From Alphaproteobacteria bacterium (GTDB lineage Bacteria > Pseudomonadota > Alphaproteobacteria > CBCXTS01): a stretch of 64,000 nt of DNA. Positions 62,884 through 64,000 of the stretch are shown piece by piece. Location of the stretch: contig CBCXTS010000021.1 in assembly GCA_965178085.1 (NCBI GenBank), forward strand, positions 322,048 through 386,047, in the 5' to 3' direction. The notes under the pieces were generated by a model, which ran no database searches, was not told the origin of the DNA, and saw nothing but the letters and a program-made list of their open reading frames with translations. The translations under genes and the position numbers were made by a program. Position 1 is the first letter of the stretch, and each line of letters begins with the position of its first letter.

Positions 62884-63801
62884 TCAATGATTGCTAGAAT
62901 GATTTGGTTCCAGAGCTTTTCTACCTATTAAAAAGGCAATACTTCCAAATAAACGGGCACAATCTCGCCAAGATTTTATGAAATTTAGCACTATTAAATA
63001 TCCTACAGACTTTGCAAAAAATTTACATATGTTTCTTGAAGCTAGTATCTGAGCTGATTTTTTTCCTTTATATTTACACTCAATATATAGTCGTGACCAA
63101 GCTATGTGCCAAAACTTTTCCCAATAATACATCTTGCTAGGGCGCACAGACCCTCCCCCAGTATGTTTGGCAATGGCATTGGGTATTAGCATTAATGAAA
63201 AGCCTTTCTCACGCAAGCGCATGCAAAGATCATCATCTTCATAATATAAAAAAATATTCTTATCAAAAAAACTGATTGAACGTAGATACTCTACTCTTAC
63301 CAAAACTATAGCACCTGAAATAAACTCAGCGCAAAGTGGGCCTACAGGAAATATCTTTTGCTTATCTTCTCGTGGCAATCGATGCCTTTTAAATAAGCCC
63401 ACATCATGAGAATATTCAAACAAATTCTTATCATTCTGCAAACTAGGTCCCAACAATGCTGCATTTGAAAAACGATCTGCAGATTCAACCAATTTTTGCA
63501 AAGTTTCTCGTGTAATCAAACTATCAGGATTGATTAATAGAGCATATTGGGTTGTAATGCTTTTTAATCCTATATTCATAGCATTGCCATAACCAACACC
63601 AACTTTATTGCATATTAATTTGGCACTTGGCATTTTTGTATTAATAATATCGCGTGTATCATCATCTGACCCGTTATCAACAATAACAATCGGAAGATCA
63701 CTAGGTAAGCTATCAAGTAAATTTGTAATCACCATACCTGAATTATGTGTAACGCTTAATAATGTAACGCGCGCTTGATTCTGTGCATATAAAATATCCA
63801 A
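62884..63801 (-). CDS. Family 2 glycosyltransferase
   Basis: N-terminal GT-A signature LSVTHNSG...IVIVDNGSDDDT and a DxD-type motif. The start is a TTG. An in-frame stop lies 5 codons upstream. Confidence 0.75.
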   Translation of the reverse strand: MDILYAQNQARVTLLSVTHNSGMVITNLLDSLPSDLPIVIVDNGSDDDTRDIINTKMPSAKLICNKVGVGYGNAMNIGLKSITTQYALLINPDSLITRETLQKLVESADRFSNAALLGPSLQNDKNLFEYSHDVGLFKRHRLPREDKQKIFPVGPLCAEFISGAIVLVRVEYLRSISFFDKNIFLYYEDDDLCMRLREKGFSLMLIPNAIAKHTGGGSVRPSKMYYWEKFWHIAWSRLYIECKYKGKKSAQILASRNICKFFAKSVGYLIVLNFIKSWRDCARLFGSIAFLIGRKALEPNHSSNH

Positions 63802-64000
63802 TGTTTTTCCAATTCTTTAAAAGGATTATCTTGATGATCCTAATTCTTAATCATATATAATCTATCGTTAAATTTGTAAGACCACCTTGACATTATTTGA
63901 TCAATAGATTGGCTGCTTAGCAACTCAACTATCGAGTTTTTTTGATAACCCACATTTTTGTAACATATGCTGAAAAACGTCATCCAATGGCGCTTTATAC

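Overview
This is a roughly 64 kb chromosomal segment from an AT-rich alphaproteobacterium. Gene content and order look Rhizobiales/Bartonella-like: mreBCD-mrdA-rodA, atpHAGDC, glpKD, and tRNA-His followed by aspS.

Most of the window is core housekeeping: cell shape, tsaC, ECF sigma, aspS, glnE, bcp, ubiG, meaB, F1-ATPase, glycerol catabolism and rpmB. No transposase, integrase, phage gene or CRISPR array was found.

The main candidate for an undescribed system is a tightly packed minus-strand gene string at about 52.7-61.4 kb. It sits between glycosyltransferase and methyltransferase genes. Its genes, from upstream to downstream, are:
- an acidic membrane-anchored protein;
- a lipoprotein;
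- a membrane protein with TPR-like repeats and a C-terminal PEGA-like domain;
- a membrane-anchored protein with PEGA repeats and an FGE/SUMF1 fold that lacks the catalytic cysteines;
- a 47-aa transmembrane peptide;
- a MotA/TolQ/ExbB-family proton channel;
- two paralogous single-pass proteins, each with an ExbD/TolR-like Asp-containing TM helix, a long coiled coil and a vWA domain with a complete MIDAS motif.

I read this as an uncharacterised envelope-spanning machine powered by proton-motive force. It has compositional parallels to the T9SS PorKLMN/GldKLMN proteins and to the Myxococcus AglRQS/Glt/Nfs motors, and a looser resemblance to ZorAB defence stators.

Other notable items:
- a 968-aa membrane-anchored ankyrin-repeat protein containing a G8 homopolymer tract;
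- an adenylate cyclase fused to a polytopic membrane domain and a 2Fe-2S ferredoxin domain;
- six copies of a 26-bp tandem repeat in which both the rhomboid and ubiG genes terminate;
- a 28-bp tandem duplication upstream of a PagL-like lipid A deacylase gene;
- an ECF sigma / anti-sigma / periplasmic protein module.

All calls rest on motif recognition by eye in the supplied translations. No database searches were run, and several gene starts are TTG or ambiguous.
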